Source of the DNA: Malacoraja senta
Taxonomy: Eukaryota
Reading direction: 5' to 3'
Assembly (NCBI GenBank): GCA_038087875.1
Contig: JAXLNO010002228.1
Coordinates: 1 to 64,000 of the forward strand
Length of the DNA: 64,000 bases
The notes under the pieces were generated by a model. That model searched no databases. It was given only the letters and a program-made list of their open reading frames with translations, and was not told the DNA's origin. Shown piece after piece: positions 53,359 to 64,000 of the stretch. Position numbers and translations under genes: made by a program. The stretch's first letter is position 1. Each line of letters starts with the position of its first letter.

Positions 53359-54564
53359 CTAGACACAAAGACAATAATACAATTATTGTCAAGTAATAGA
53401 AATTTCTATGGATAGGAAAGGTTTGGAGGGAAATCGGCAAAACACCAATTGGATTTACATTGCACTAAACATGATATCATTTACCCTGTATCTATAGATT
53501 GTGAACGGCTTCATTGTAATGTAGTCTTTTCACTGACTGGATAGCACACAAGAAACATTTTCACTGCAAAACAGTACACGTGACATTAATAATAAATTAA
53601 ACTAAGCTAAAATATAGATAGGTGGGTCAAGGGTAGATGGGGCATCTTGGCTGGCATAGATAAGCTGGGCTGAAGGGCCTGTTTCTATGCTGTACATGAT
53701 TCTAAATGTCAAGCTTACTTAGATTATTTTAGTTTAGTTTAGAGATACAGTGTGGAAACAGGCCCTTCAGCACGAGTCGGCACAGATCCCCGCACATTAA
53801 CACTATCCTACACACGAAGGACAATTTACATTTATATCAAGCCTATTAACCTACAAACCTGTACGTCTTTGGAGTGTGGGAGGAAACCGAAGATCTTGGC
53901 GAAAACCCACTGGTCATGGGGAGAACGTACAAACTCCGTACAGACAGCAGCCATAGTCAGGATCAGACCCGGGGCTCTGACACTTTAAGGCAGCAACTCT
54001 ATCGCTGCCCCGCCATGTCGCCCTTACTGATCAACATTTGGAAATATGATATTCAGATATTCCACCCACAAAGGGAAGTCACGGCAGTTATTTGGTTCAC
54101 AGGCCACCATTTATTGCTCCGTGTGTCGTTAAAGAGTAAAATCTAGGGGTAGGTATTGGAAATATCAGGAAGATAAAAAGAGATCAGGTCCCAAAATAGT
54201 TAGTATGGACAATAGGTAAAAGGGCTTGTTTCTGTGCTGCACTCTCTATGCTGCACTCTCAATTAGTTGCATCACATCATATTTATAAGTCGTAACCTTC
54301 AGTTGATTAGTCTAACAAGGGTTCATTCGCTCGTGTGTCAGACGAGGTGTAGCTCACTGTTGGCTTCTGTCGTCGTCCAACATGTTGACAGAATAGGTCG
54401 CCCGACGCGTCTCAGAGTGCATCGTGTTGTCGGTTCCGTGGATCGCCACAAGGAGGCTTCTGCATGATCCCCCACAAAAGGGTGACACGGTGGAACAGCG
54501 GTAGAGTTACTGCCTTACAGCTCAAGAGACCGCCAGGTTCAATCGTGACCATGGGTGCTGTCAT

Positions 54565-55035
54565 AGAAACATAGAAAATAGGTGCAGGAGTAGGCCATTC
54601 GGCCCTTCGAGCCTGCACCGCCATTCAATATGATCATGGCTGATCATCCAACTCAGTATCCTGTACCTGCCTTCTCTCCATACCCCCTGATCCCTTTAGC
54701 CACAAGGGCCACATCTAACTCCCTCTTAAATATAGCCAATGAACTGGCCTCAACTACCTTCTGTGGCAGAGAATTCCACAGATTCACCACTCTCTGTGTG
54801 AAAAATGATTTTCTCATCTCGGTCCTAAAAGACTTCCCCCTTATCCTTAAACTGTGATCCTTTGTTCTGGACTTCCCCAACATCGGAAACAATCTTCCTG
54901 CATCTAGCCTGTCCAACCCCTTAAGAATTTTGTAAGTTTCTATAAGATCCCCCTCAATCTTCTAAATTCTAGCGAGTACAAGCCAAGTCTATCCAGTCTT
55001 TCCTCATATGAAAGTCCTGCCATCCCGGGAATCAG
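54565..55035 (-). mobile_element. CR1 3' fragment inserted in a tRNA-SINE
   Basis: Nearly identical to the 48443-48915 tail. The flanks rejoin into SINE sequence gggtgctgtctgtatggag. Confidence 0.9.
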
Positions 55036-56683
55036 TCTGTATGGAGTTTTTACATTCTACCTGTGGGTTTTCCCTGGGTGCTCCAGCTTCCTCCCACACT
55101 CCAAAGATGAGTTTGTAGTTTAATAGGGTTTGGTAAAGATTATAAATTGTTGCAAGTCTATAGGATATTGCTACTGTATGGGGATCGCTGTTCAGCGTGG
55201 ACTTGGTGGGCTGAAGAGCCTGTTCCAATGCTATATATCTATATCATCTTGAGCTGCAATATACAGTAAGTTGTCCAAATCGGATTGCACCATGCCAGTA
55301 CATCAAGAGCAGACTAAAAATATCAATGTAACATTTAACTTCTGCTTTGATATGACCTCCTGGTGACTTGTTCACCACATCCCCCTTTGTCAGGGAGTTC
55401 CCCAATCATCTCAACGGAGAGGCCCCACATTCACACTTACTCAAATACCACACATTTCCTGCTAGACTAGTTTTTCAACTGTTTACTCTCACAGTCTGCC
55501 CTGTGAACATGCAGAAATTAACATCACAAAACATCAGGATTGAACAACTCATTATCAACCTTAGACACAGAGTGCTAAAGTATCTCAGCGAGACCGGCAG
55601 CATCTCTGGAGAAAAAGGCTGGATGACACTTCGTGTCAGGACCCTACTTCAGTCTCAAGCAGGGTTATTCTGAAGGGTCCCAACCCGATACATCAGTCTG
55701 AAGAAGGATCCCAACCTGAAGCTTCACCCAGCATCACCAATCCTTTTTCTACAGAGATGCTGTAGAACACCTCTGACCCGTTGAGTTACTCCAGCACTTT
55801 GTGACTCTCTTTGGTACAAACCAGCATCTGCAGTTTGTTGTTTCTACATCATTATCTAACTCATTGAGAAAGCGTTCCCATAGAATTTGCATCCTAACAA
55901 AATGAGATCACACAAAGTTACCAATAATGGCGGCACAGTGGCACAGCGGTAGTGTTGCTGCCTTACAGTGTTTGCAGTGCCAGAGACCCGGTTTCAATCC
56001 CGACTATGGGTGCTGTCTGTAAGGAGTTAGTACGTTCTCCCCGTGACCTGCCTGGATTTTCGCTGAGATCTTCGATTTCCTCCCACTCCAAAGACATGCA
56101 GGAATGTAGGTTAATTGGCTTGATGCATGTGCCAAATTGTCCCTCGTGTGCAAAGGATAGTATTAGTGTGCGGGTTAGTTGCTGGTCGGTGCAAACTCGG
56201 TGGGCCGAAAGGCCTGATTCCGTGCTGTGTATCTAAACTAAAAAAAACTAAAGAACCTATGTTACATATCTCACTTCCTTTGGTTCAGGCAGTGTTCTCT
56301 CTGGTGTAGACTGATTGAGCCATTTTCAGTGCTTATACTGGCTAATAGAGATAGCAACATGTAAACCACAGAAAGAATCTTAAAATATACTGAATCATGC
56401 AGCATATAAACAGGCCCATTTGCCCAAACTTGTTTATGCTGACCGAGATGTTTATCTACAATTACATTACGCCCTTATCCCTCCCTGACTTTCCTACCAA
56501 AAGTCCAAATGCTTTATAGACATTGTGATTATGTCTGCCTCTACTATCTCCCCTGCAGCTCATTCTAGATAACTACTGCGGTGAGATCCCCTTGACATTT
56601 CTCTTCCATCACCTTAAACCTCCAGTTCTAGTCTCCACTGCCCTGGGAAAGAGACAGTTACTCTCTATACTATCTATACCCCA

Positions 56684-57131
56684 AAGATAGACACAAAATG
56701 CCGGACGGAGTAACTCTGCAGGGCAGGCAGTATTTATGAAGAGAAGGAATGGATGATGTTTAGAAACGTCACTCATTCCTTCCCTCCAAAGATGCTGCCT
56801 GTCCTGCTGAGATACTCCAGCATTTTATGTCGGTCTTCGGTGTAAACCAACATCTGTTAATCCTTCCTGAAGAAGGATGTCGACCCGAAATGTCACCCAT
56901 TCCTTCTCTCCAGTGATGCTGCCTGTCCCACTGAGTTACTCCAGCTTTTTACATCTGTCTTCGGTGTAAACCAGCATCTGTAGATCCTTCCTGAAGAAGG
57001 GACTCAACCCGAAAAGGTCTCGACCTGAAATATCACCTATTCCTTCTCTCCAGTGATGCTGCCTGTCCCACTGAGTTACTCCAGCTTTTTGTGTCTTTCT
57101 TCGGTTTAAACCAGCATCTGCAGATCCTTCC
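56684..57131 (+). repeat. Tandem array of about 124-bp Penelope-derived units with hammerhead-like motif (preceded by one inverted unit)
   Basis: Three head-to-tail units bounded by tccttcc; CTGAAGA at 56867 and 56991. Confidence 0.8.
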
Positions 57132-57439
57132 GACACAATCTATAGCCCTCATTATTTCACTCCTGCATTCTAGTGAGAATAAATGCAGCCTATCCAATCT
57201 CTTCACATAACACCAGACCTCTATTCCAGGCAACAACCTGGCAAAACCCTTCTGCACTATTTTTGATGCCATCACATCCTTTTTAGTTTAGAGATACATT
57301 GCAGAAACAGGCCCTTCGGCCCACGCCAACCAGTGATCCCCGCACAGTAATGTTAGTAGTGGAGCGATCAGAACTCTACACAATACTCCATGTGCAGCCT
57401 AACCAATGTTTTGTTTGATTTCTCAACTCATATACTTGA

Positions 57440-58030
57440 TGCCAGAGTCTATTCAGTTATACAGGGCCTTGGTGAGACTGCACCTGGAGTATTTTGTGCA
57501 GTCTTGGTCGCCTAGTTTGAGGAAGGACATTCTTGCTATTGAAGGAGTGCAGCAAAGTTCACCAGGTTAATTCCCGGGATGGCGGGACTGTCATATAATA
57601 AAAGAATGAATCGACTGGGATTATATTCACTGGAATTCAGAAGGATGAGAGGGGATCTGATAGAAATAGAATACTAATAACGGATTTGACAGACTAGATG
57701 CAGGAAAAATATTCTCAATGTTGGGGGAGTCCAGAACCAGGGGTCACAGTTTACGAATAAGGGGTAGGCCATTTAGGATTGAGATGGGGAAAACCTTTTC
57801 ACCCAGAGTGTTGTGAATCTGTGGAATTCTCTGCCACAGAAGGCAGCGGAGACCAATTCACTGAATGTATTCAAGAGAGAGTTAGCTCTTAGGGTTAACG
57901 AAATCAAGGGATATGGGGAGAAAGCAGGAACAGGGTACTGATTCTGGTTGATCAGCCATGACCATATTGAATGGTGGTGCTGGCTCGAAGGGCCAAATGG
58001 CCTACTCCTGCACCAATTTTATATGTTTCT
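57440..58030 (+). mobile_element. CR1 3' fragment
   Basis: YRALVRLHLEYFVQSWSP.LRKDILAIEGVQ and the CR1 3' UTR. Confidence 0.85.
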
Positions 58031-58619
58031 CTGTCTAAGTGGACAAACATGCCAAAGTGCATTTTTTGCTTTCCTGTCTACCCTTGTTACACTCATGTTA
58101 CAGAGTGTCCTTGGGTTGCAAGTTCATTGATAGGCATTTTCACGTATCAATGAACTTGCAACCCAAGGACACTCTGTATATTAACACCCCTCAGGTTCTT
58201 ACCGTTTATGTCCTACCAGAACATGACATGCCGACACGCACAACTTCACACATCTCTGGATTACATTCCTTCTGCTATTGCTCCATCCAGCTCTCCAGCT
58301 AATCTGTATCCCACTGGATCCATAGACAACCTTCTTCAATGTACATGTCATCTGTAAACCTACTAATCAAACCACCAATATTCACATCCACATCATATAT
58401 ACTATCCACTGCAAAACACAAAGGGCTGCAGAGACTCAGCAGGTCAGGTAATATCTGGAGGGATGTTTTCCCCACCAAGGATAAATATTATTCAGAATAA
58501 TGAAATGTATACAAAATAAGAACAGGGCAAACAACATTTCTGCCATTCTCAGTGTCCACACATGAATTAATTACGGTTATTTTTGGTTGTGTTCACAAAC
58601 TACCCTTATATCAAGCACC

Positions 58620-58815
58620 CTTGGCACTCGTATAGCCCTCCTGGGTTAATAGCCCGTCCCTTGTTTGAGGGGCGTCTTCACCAGTTGCAGCCCCCCAATG
58701 TATTGCCACGAAGGACCCTAGACTGTAGACCCCCACTGAGCCTTGGTGTTGGCTGCAACAAGCTCCAGTGAGTCCCTCAGCACGTAGTCCTGCAGTCTGG
58801 AATGGACAGATGATG
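58620..58815 (-). mobile_element. Probable Tx1/L1-clade 3' end fragment
   Basis: Minus strand reads HSRLQDYVLRDSLELVAANTKAQWGSTV*, resembling Tx1-type ORF2 C-termini. Confidence 0.5.
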
Positions 58816-59459
58816 TTTTGGGTCAGACACTTCTTCAGACTGATTGTAATAGAAAGCTGAAAAGGAGATGTGGGGCTGGGACAAAGCCTGGCAAGTAATA
58901 CAGGTGATAAGACATAAAATGCTGGAGTAACTCAGCGGGCCAGGCAACATCTCTGGAGAGAAGGAATGGGTGCCTTTTTAGGTCGAGATTCTTCTTCAGA
59001 CTAGTTGGGGATAAGGGAAACAAGAGATATAGACAATGATGTTGAGAGATAAAGAACAATGAATGAAAGATATGCAAAAATGTAACGATGATAAAGGAAA
59101 ACAGGCCATTGTTATTTATTTGTTGGGTGAAAACGAGAAGCTGGTGCGACTAGAGAACAGATTATGATAAGTAGACGGGTGGAGTAAGTGGCAACGGCTA
59201 GAGGTGAAAAGGTGACAAAGGGTCTGAAGAAGGGTCTTGACCAGAAACATCACCCATTCCTTCTCTCCAGAGATGTTGCCTGTGTTACTCCAGCTTTTTG
59301 TGTCTTATCGCCTGTATCACTTGCCAGGCTTTGTCCCAGCTCCACATCTCTTTTTCAGCTTTCTATTACAATCAGTCTGAAGAAGTGTCTGACCCAAAAC
59401 ATCATCTGTCCATTCCAAACTGCAGGAGTACGTGCTGAGGGACTCACTGGAGAGTTTTA

Positions 59460-61740
59460 ACCAGCATCAGTAGTTCCTTCCTGTACATCGTGCCTTGTGC
59501 AGCATTGTTCTGTGTCTCCAAATAGAGTGTAAACATTCCTCCGTCTACGCCGCATATGCTCCCAGGATGAGGCGTTCCACACCAGGGCATCTGAAGTGTC
59601 CTCATTCTTCAGGGAACGGGGGTTCCCCTCCTCCACCATAGATGAGGCTCGCACCAGGGTCTCTGCCATACCCCGCAACACTGCTCTCTCTCCCCATCCC
59701 CCCACTCACAACAAGGGCAGAGTCCCCCTAGTCCTCACCTTTCACCCCACCAGCCGTCACATACAACAAGTGATCCTCCGTCAGTTTCGCCACCTCCAAC
59801 GTGACCCCACCACTCGCCACATCTTCCCGTGTGATTTAAGATACAAACTTAAATCACACGGTATTGGGGGTTCAGTATTGATGTGGATAGAGAACTGGCT
59901 GGCAAACAGGAAGCAAAGAGTAGGAGTAAACGGGTCCTTTTCACAATGGCAGGCAGTGACTAGTGGGGTACCGCAAGGCTCAGTGCTGGGACCCCAGCTA
60001 TTTACAATTTATATTAATGATCTGGACGAGGGAATTGAAAGCAACATCTCCAAGTTTGCGGATGACACTAAGCTGGGGGGCAGTGTTAGCTGTGAGGAGG
60101 ATGCTAGGAGACTGCAAGGTGACTTGGATAGGCTGGGTGAGTGGGCAAATGTTTGGCAGATGCAGTATAATGTGGATAAATGTGAGGTTATCCACTTTGG
60201 TGGCAAGAACGGGAAGGCAGACTATTATCTAAATGGTGGCCGATTAGGAAATGGGGAGATGCAGCGAGACCTGGGTGTCATGGTACACCAGTCATTGAAA
60301 GTAGGCATGCAGGTGCAGCAGGCAGTGAAGAAAGCGAATGGTATGTTGGCCTTCATAGCAAGAGGATTTGAGTATAGGAGCAGGGAGTTTCTACTGCAGT
60401 TGTACAGGGTCTTGGTGAGACCACACCTGGAGTATTGCGTACAGTTTTGGTCTCCAAATCTGAGGAAGGACATTATAGCCATAGAGGGAGTGCAGAGAAG
60501 GTTCACCAGACTGATTCCTGGGATGTCAGGACTTTCATATGAAGAAAGACTGGATAGACTTTGCTTATACTCGCTAGAATTTAGGAGATTGAGAGGGAAT
60601 CTTATAGAAATGTACAAAATTCTTATGGGGTTGGACAGGCTAGATGCAGGAAGATTGTTCCCGATGTTGGGGAAGTCCAGGACAAGGGGTCACAGCTTAA
60701 GGATAAGGGGGAAATCCTTTAAGACCGAGATGAGGAAAAACTTTTTCACACAGAGAGTGGTGAATCTCTGGAACTCTCTGCCACAGAGGGTAGTTGAGGC
60801 CAGGTCATTGGCTATATTTAAGAGGGAGTTAGATGTGGCCCTTGTGGCTAAGGGGATCAGGGGGTATGGAGAGAAGGCCGGTACGGGATACTGAGTTGGA
60901 TGATCAGCCATGATCATATTGAATGGCGGTGCAGGCTCGAAGGGCCGAATGGCCTACTCCTGCACCTATTTTCTATGTATCTATGTATCTCCCCCCATGT
61001 CTGCCTTCCGCAAAGACCGCTGCCTCCGTAACTCCCTTGTCAATTCTTCCCTTCCCTCCCGTACCACCCCCTCCCCGGGTACTTTCCCTTGCAACCGCAA
61101 GAGATGCAACACTTCTCCCTTCACCCCCCCCCTCGACTCCATCCAAGGACCCAAGCAGTCGTTCCAGGTGCGACAGAGGTTCACCTGCATCTCCTCCAAC
61201 CTCATCTATTGCATCCGCTGCTCTAGATGCCAGCTGATCTACATCGGTGAGACCAAGCAGAGGCTTGGCGATCGTTTCGACGAACACCTCCGGTCGGTCC
61301 GCAATAACCAACTTGACCTCCCGGTGGCTCAGCACTTCAACTCCCCCTCCCATTCCGTATCTGACCTCTCTGTCCTGGGTCTCCTCCATGGCCACAGCGA
61401 GCAACACCGTAAATTGGAGGAAATGCACCTCATATTCCGCTTGGGTAGTCTACATCCTGGTAGCTTGAACATTGAATTCTCCCAACTCTGCTAGCCCTTG
61501 CTGTCCCCTCCCCTCCATCAGCCCTCTGGTTGTCTCCTCCCCTCCCCCAGCCCTCGGGCTCCTCCTCCGCCTTTTTTCCTTTTTTCCTTTCTTCTCCCCA
61601 CCCCCTTTCAGTCTGAAGAAGGGTTTCGGCCCAAAACGTTGCCTATTTCCTTCGCTCCACAGATGCTGCTGCACCCGCTGAGTTTCTCCAGCATTTTTGT
61701 GTACCTTCGATTTTCCAGCATCTGCAGTTCCTTCTTTAAC
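59460..61740 (+). mobile_element. Penelope-like element 3' portion interrupted by a CR1 insertion
   Basis: FFRERGFPSSTID...VPLVLTFHP...IFP, resuming SAFRKD..LRNSLV...CNRKRCNTC-like...NLIYCIRC...YIGETKQRL (GIY-YIG), then terminal repeat. Confidence 0.9.
59832..60989 (+). mobile_element. 5'-truncated CR1 LINE inside the Penelope element
   Basis: Open RT C-terminal half nearly identical to 48520-49554; tail tttctatgtatctatgtatct. Confidence 0.93.
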
Positions 61741-62084
61741 ACAACAGAGTGTAAATAAAACCTGGCATCCTCTGTGCCATTTAAATTAATTATGATTGAT
61801 GTATATTTTTATTCCATGCAATCTTACAAAGTATTCCACAATACACCACTCGGCAGCATTCAGTGGATGGTGCCTGAGGCAAGGCAGCTCTTTGAACTAG
61901 TTCATGGATCACATGTGTATTCTTTTCACATTGTCTTTTACAATTTAGTTGACCAATTAGTTTAAATATTTTTCCCCCAAGTTACTGAACTTTTTCCACA
62001 GGAAGTACTTTTTTATGGCCCATTCTAGTGAGAATATTGATGACTGAAAAACAAGAAAACTGTTCTTCTGTACTCACTCTAAAC

Positions 62085-62990
62085 TCATGACTGCGTAGCC
62101 AGACGTAGTCCGAACTCCATCATCAAGTTCGCCGACGACACCACTGTTGTGGGACGAATCACTGATGGTGATGAGTCAGAGTATATTAGTGAGATCGACC
62201 GATTGACCAAATGGTGCCAGCACAATAACCCGGCCCTCAACACCAGTAAAACCAAGGAACTGATTGTGGACTTTGGAAGAGGTAGGATAGGAACCCACAA
62301 TCCCGTTTATATCCCGGGACGATGGTGGAAAGGGTCAAGAACTTCAAATTCCTGGGCGTGCGTATTTCCGAAGATCTTTCCAGGTCCCAACACACTGATG
62401 CAATCATAAAGAAGGCACAGCAGCGCCTCTACTTCCTGAGAAGTTTACGGAGAGTTGGTATGTCAAGGAGGACTCTCTCGGACATCTACAGGTGCACAGT
62501 AGAGAGCATGCTGACTGGTTGCATCGTGGCTGGGTTCTGCAACTTGAACGTCCAGGAGCGGAAAAGAATCCACAAAGTTTGTGACTACTGCCCAGTCCAT
62601 CTTCGGCTCTGACCTCCCTTCCATCGAAGGGATCCATCGCAGTCGCTGCCTCAAACTGGCTGCCAACAGACCCGCACCATCCTGGCCACACACTCATCTC
62701 TCCGTTGCCATCAGGAAGAAGGTGCAGGAGCTTGAAATCTGGAACATCCAGGTTCAAGAACAGCTTCTTCCCCATAGCCATCAGGCTATTAAACACGACA
62801 TCAAACAAACTCTGAACAATAACAGCCTATTGCACTTTAAATGTTTATTTATTGTGTATATATATGGTCTATGGTATACAGACACACTGAACTTTTATCT
62901 CTGTATTATGTTTACATATTCTGTTGTGCTGCAGCAAGCAAGAATTCATTGTCCTATCTGGGACACATGACAAAAAAACTCTCTTGACTT
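62085..62990 (+). mobile_element. Rex1/Babar LINE 3' fragment
   Basis: IIKFADDTTVVGRITDGDESEYISEI..L..WC..N..ALN.SKTKELIVDF; KAQQRLYFLR.LRR; VESMLTGCI. Confidence 0.88.
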
Positions 62991-63394
62991 TTGGGCAGCA
63001 CTATTATGGGTGGCACGGTGCAGTAGAGGTAGAGTGACTACCTCACAGTGCCAGAGACCCAGGTTCTGTAGACCTGGTAGAGTGACTGCCTCACAGTGCC
63101 AGAGACCCGGGTTCGATCCTAACTATAGGTGCTGTCTGTATGGAGTTTGTACGTTCTCCCTGTGATCTGCATGGGTTTTCTCCAAGACCATCGATTTCCT
63201 CCCACACTCCAAAGACATACATGTTTATAGGTTAATGGGCTTGGTGTAAATATTAAATTGTCCCAGGTTTGTGTGTAGGGTAGCGGTAAGGTGTGGGAAT
63301 CGCTGTCCGGTGCAGACTCGGTGGGCCAAAGGGCCTGTTTCTGCTCTATATCTCTAAACTAAACTATTAACGTGTGCACCAAATCACTGAGGAG

Positions 63395-63650
63395 AATAAA
63401 GTCATCGAACACAGAAACTTGTGTCATAGTTTAAAAATAAGGGATAGACCATTTAGGAATGAGATAAGGAAAAACGTTTTCACCCAGAGAGTTGTATATC
63501 TGTGGTCTTCTCTGCCACAGAAGGCAGTGGAGACCAATTCACTGGATGTTTTCAAGATAGAGTTAGATTTAGCTCTTAGGGCTAATGGAATCAAGGGTAT
63601 GGGTAAAAAGCAGGAACGGGGTACTGATTTTGGATGATCAGCATGCGTGC
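63395..63650 (+). mobile_element. CR1 3' fragment
   Basis: HSLKIRDRPFRNEIRKNVFTQRVV.LWSSLPQKAVE. Confidence 0.8.
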
Positions 63651-63679
63651 TGGCTCGGTCTTCACCCTCTGACATCTAG

Positions 63680-63960
63680 ATTATGAAGGGTATCTTCAAC
63701 ACAAAACCTCCCAGGCCTAGGGACGTGGAGATATGGGTTGTTAACATTGAGCTACATCAATTCGCCGGTGGGCTCCAGCTACATCCCTGTCCTTGGTCAA
63801 ACTCACTTACTCGTGATTATGCTCATGGCGCTGAGTTCAGCGCAACGGGTCCAGTCATTGCATAAGTTAACACTGGATAAGAAGATCTGCGGGCAATAAT
63901 AAGGTTTTATGTTTATGACTTAGTCAAGCAGAGTAGACCAGGGGCATAAGGTCTAACTAG
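63680..63960 (+). pseudogene. DIRS tyrosine-recombinase fragment (third copy)
   Basis: MKGIFNTKPPRPR...W; later tatgacttagtcaagcagagtagaccaggg (YDLVKQSRPG), matching copies A and B. Confidence 0.75.
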
Positions 63961-64000
63961 ATGTTTGCATATCCCATGGACCTTGGGTTGTGTGGGGTCA

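Noticed and set aside
53359-53440. Hydrophobic N-terminal extension in the ORF track (YLTIIVLLSLCL) as a signal peptide
   Set aside because: It is the polypyrimidine tract plus a CR1 remnant, and starts at TTG, not ATG.
58441-58546. Signal-peptide-like ORF MAEMLFALFLFCIHFIILNNIYP on the minus strand as the MHC leader exon
   Set aside because: The only reasonable donor is phase 2 (alpha1 needs phase 1), a repeat abuts it, and AT-rich DNA easily gives hydrophobic runs. The leader was not identified.

Overview
Vertebrate genomic DNA, almost certainly a cartilaginous fish. The CR1, tRNA-SINE and Penelope repeat content looks batoid/skate-like, but that is an inference. Most of the window is transposable elements, often nested. 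The only host gene I can support is a minus-strand MHC class I-like gene: alpha1 exon 53098-53358, alpha3 (IgC1) exon 33305-33571 and TM exon 29902-30009. All three are open, phase 1-1, with canonical splice sites. I could not find an alpha2 exon in the ~19.5 kb between alpha1 and alpha3, and the only assembly gap there lies inside a TSD-bounded transposon. Mobile elements: two full-length but disrupted DIRS1-type tyrosine-recombinase retrotransposons (940-5996, 21328-26340); an old L1 (~9250-26487) hosting both a near-intact antisense L1 (14081-20563, 16-bp TSD) and the second DIRS; nested hAT elements (41483-46606 containing 43394-46437); a small hAT (6322-6964); two CpG-rich Harbinger-like MITEs; CR1, Rex1, RTE, Tx1 and Penelope fragments; many tRNA-SINEs. 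There are also many short Penelope-terminal-repeat-derived elements carrying a minimal hammerhead-ribozyme-like motif. All calls come from manual reading; no database searches were run.
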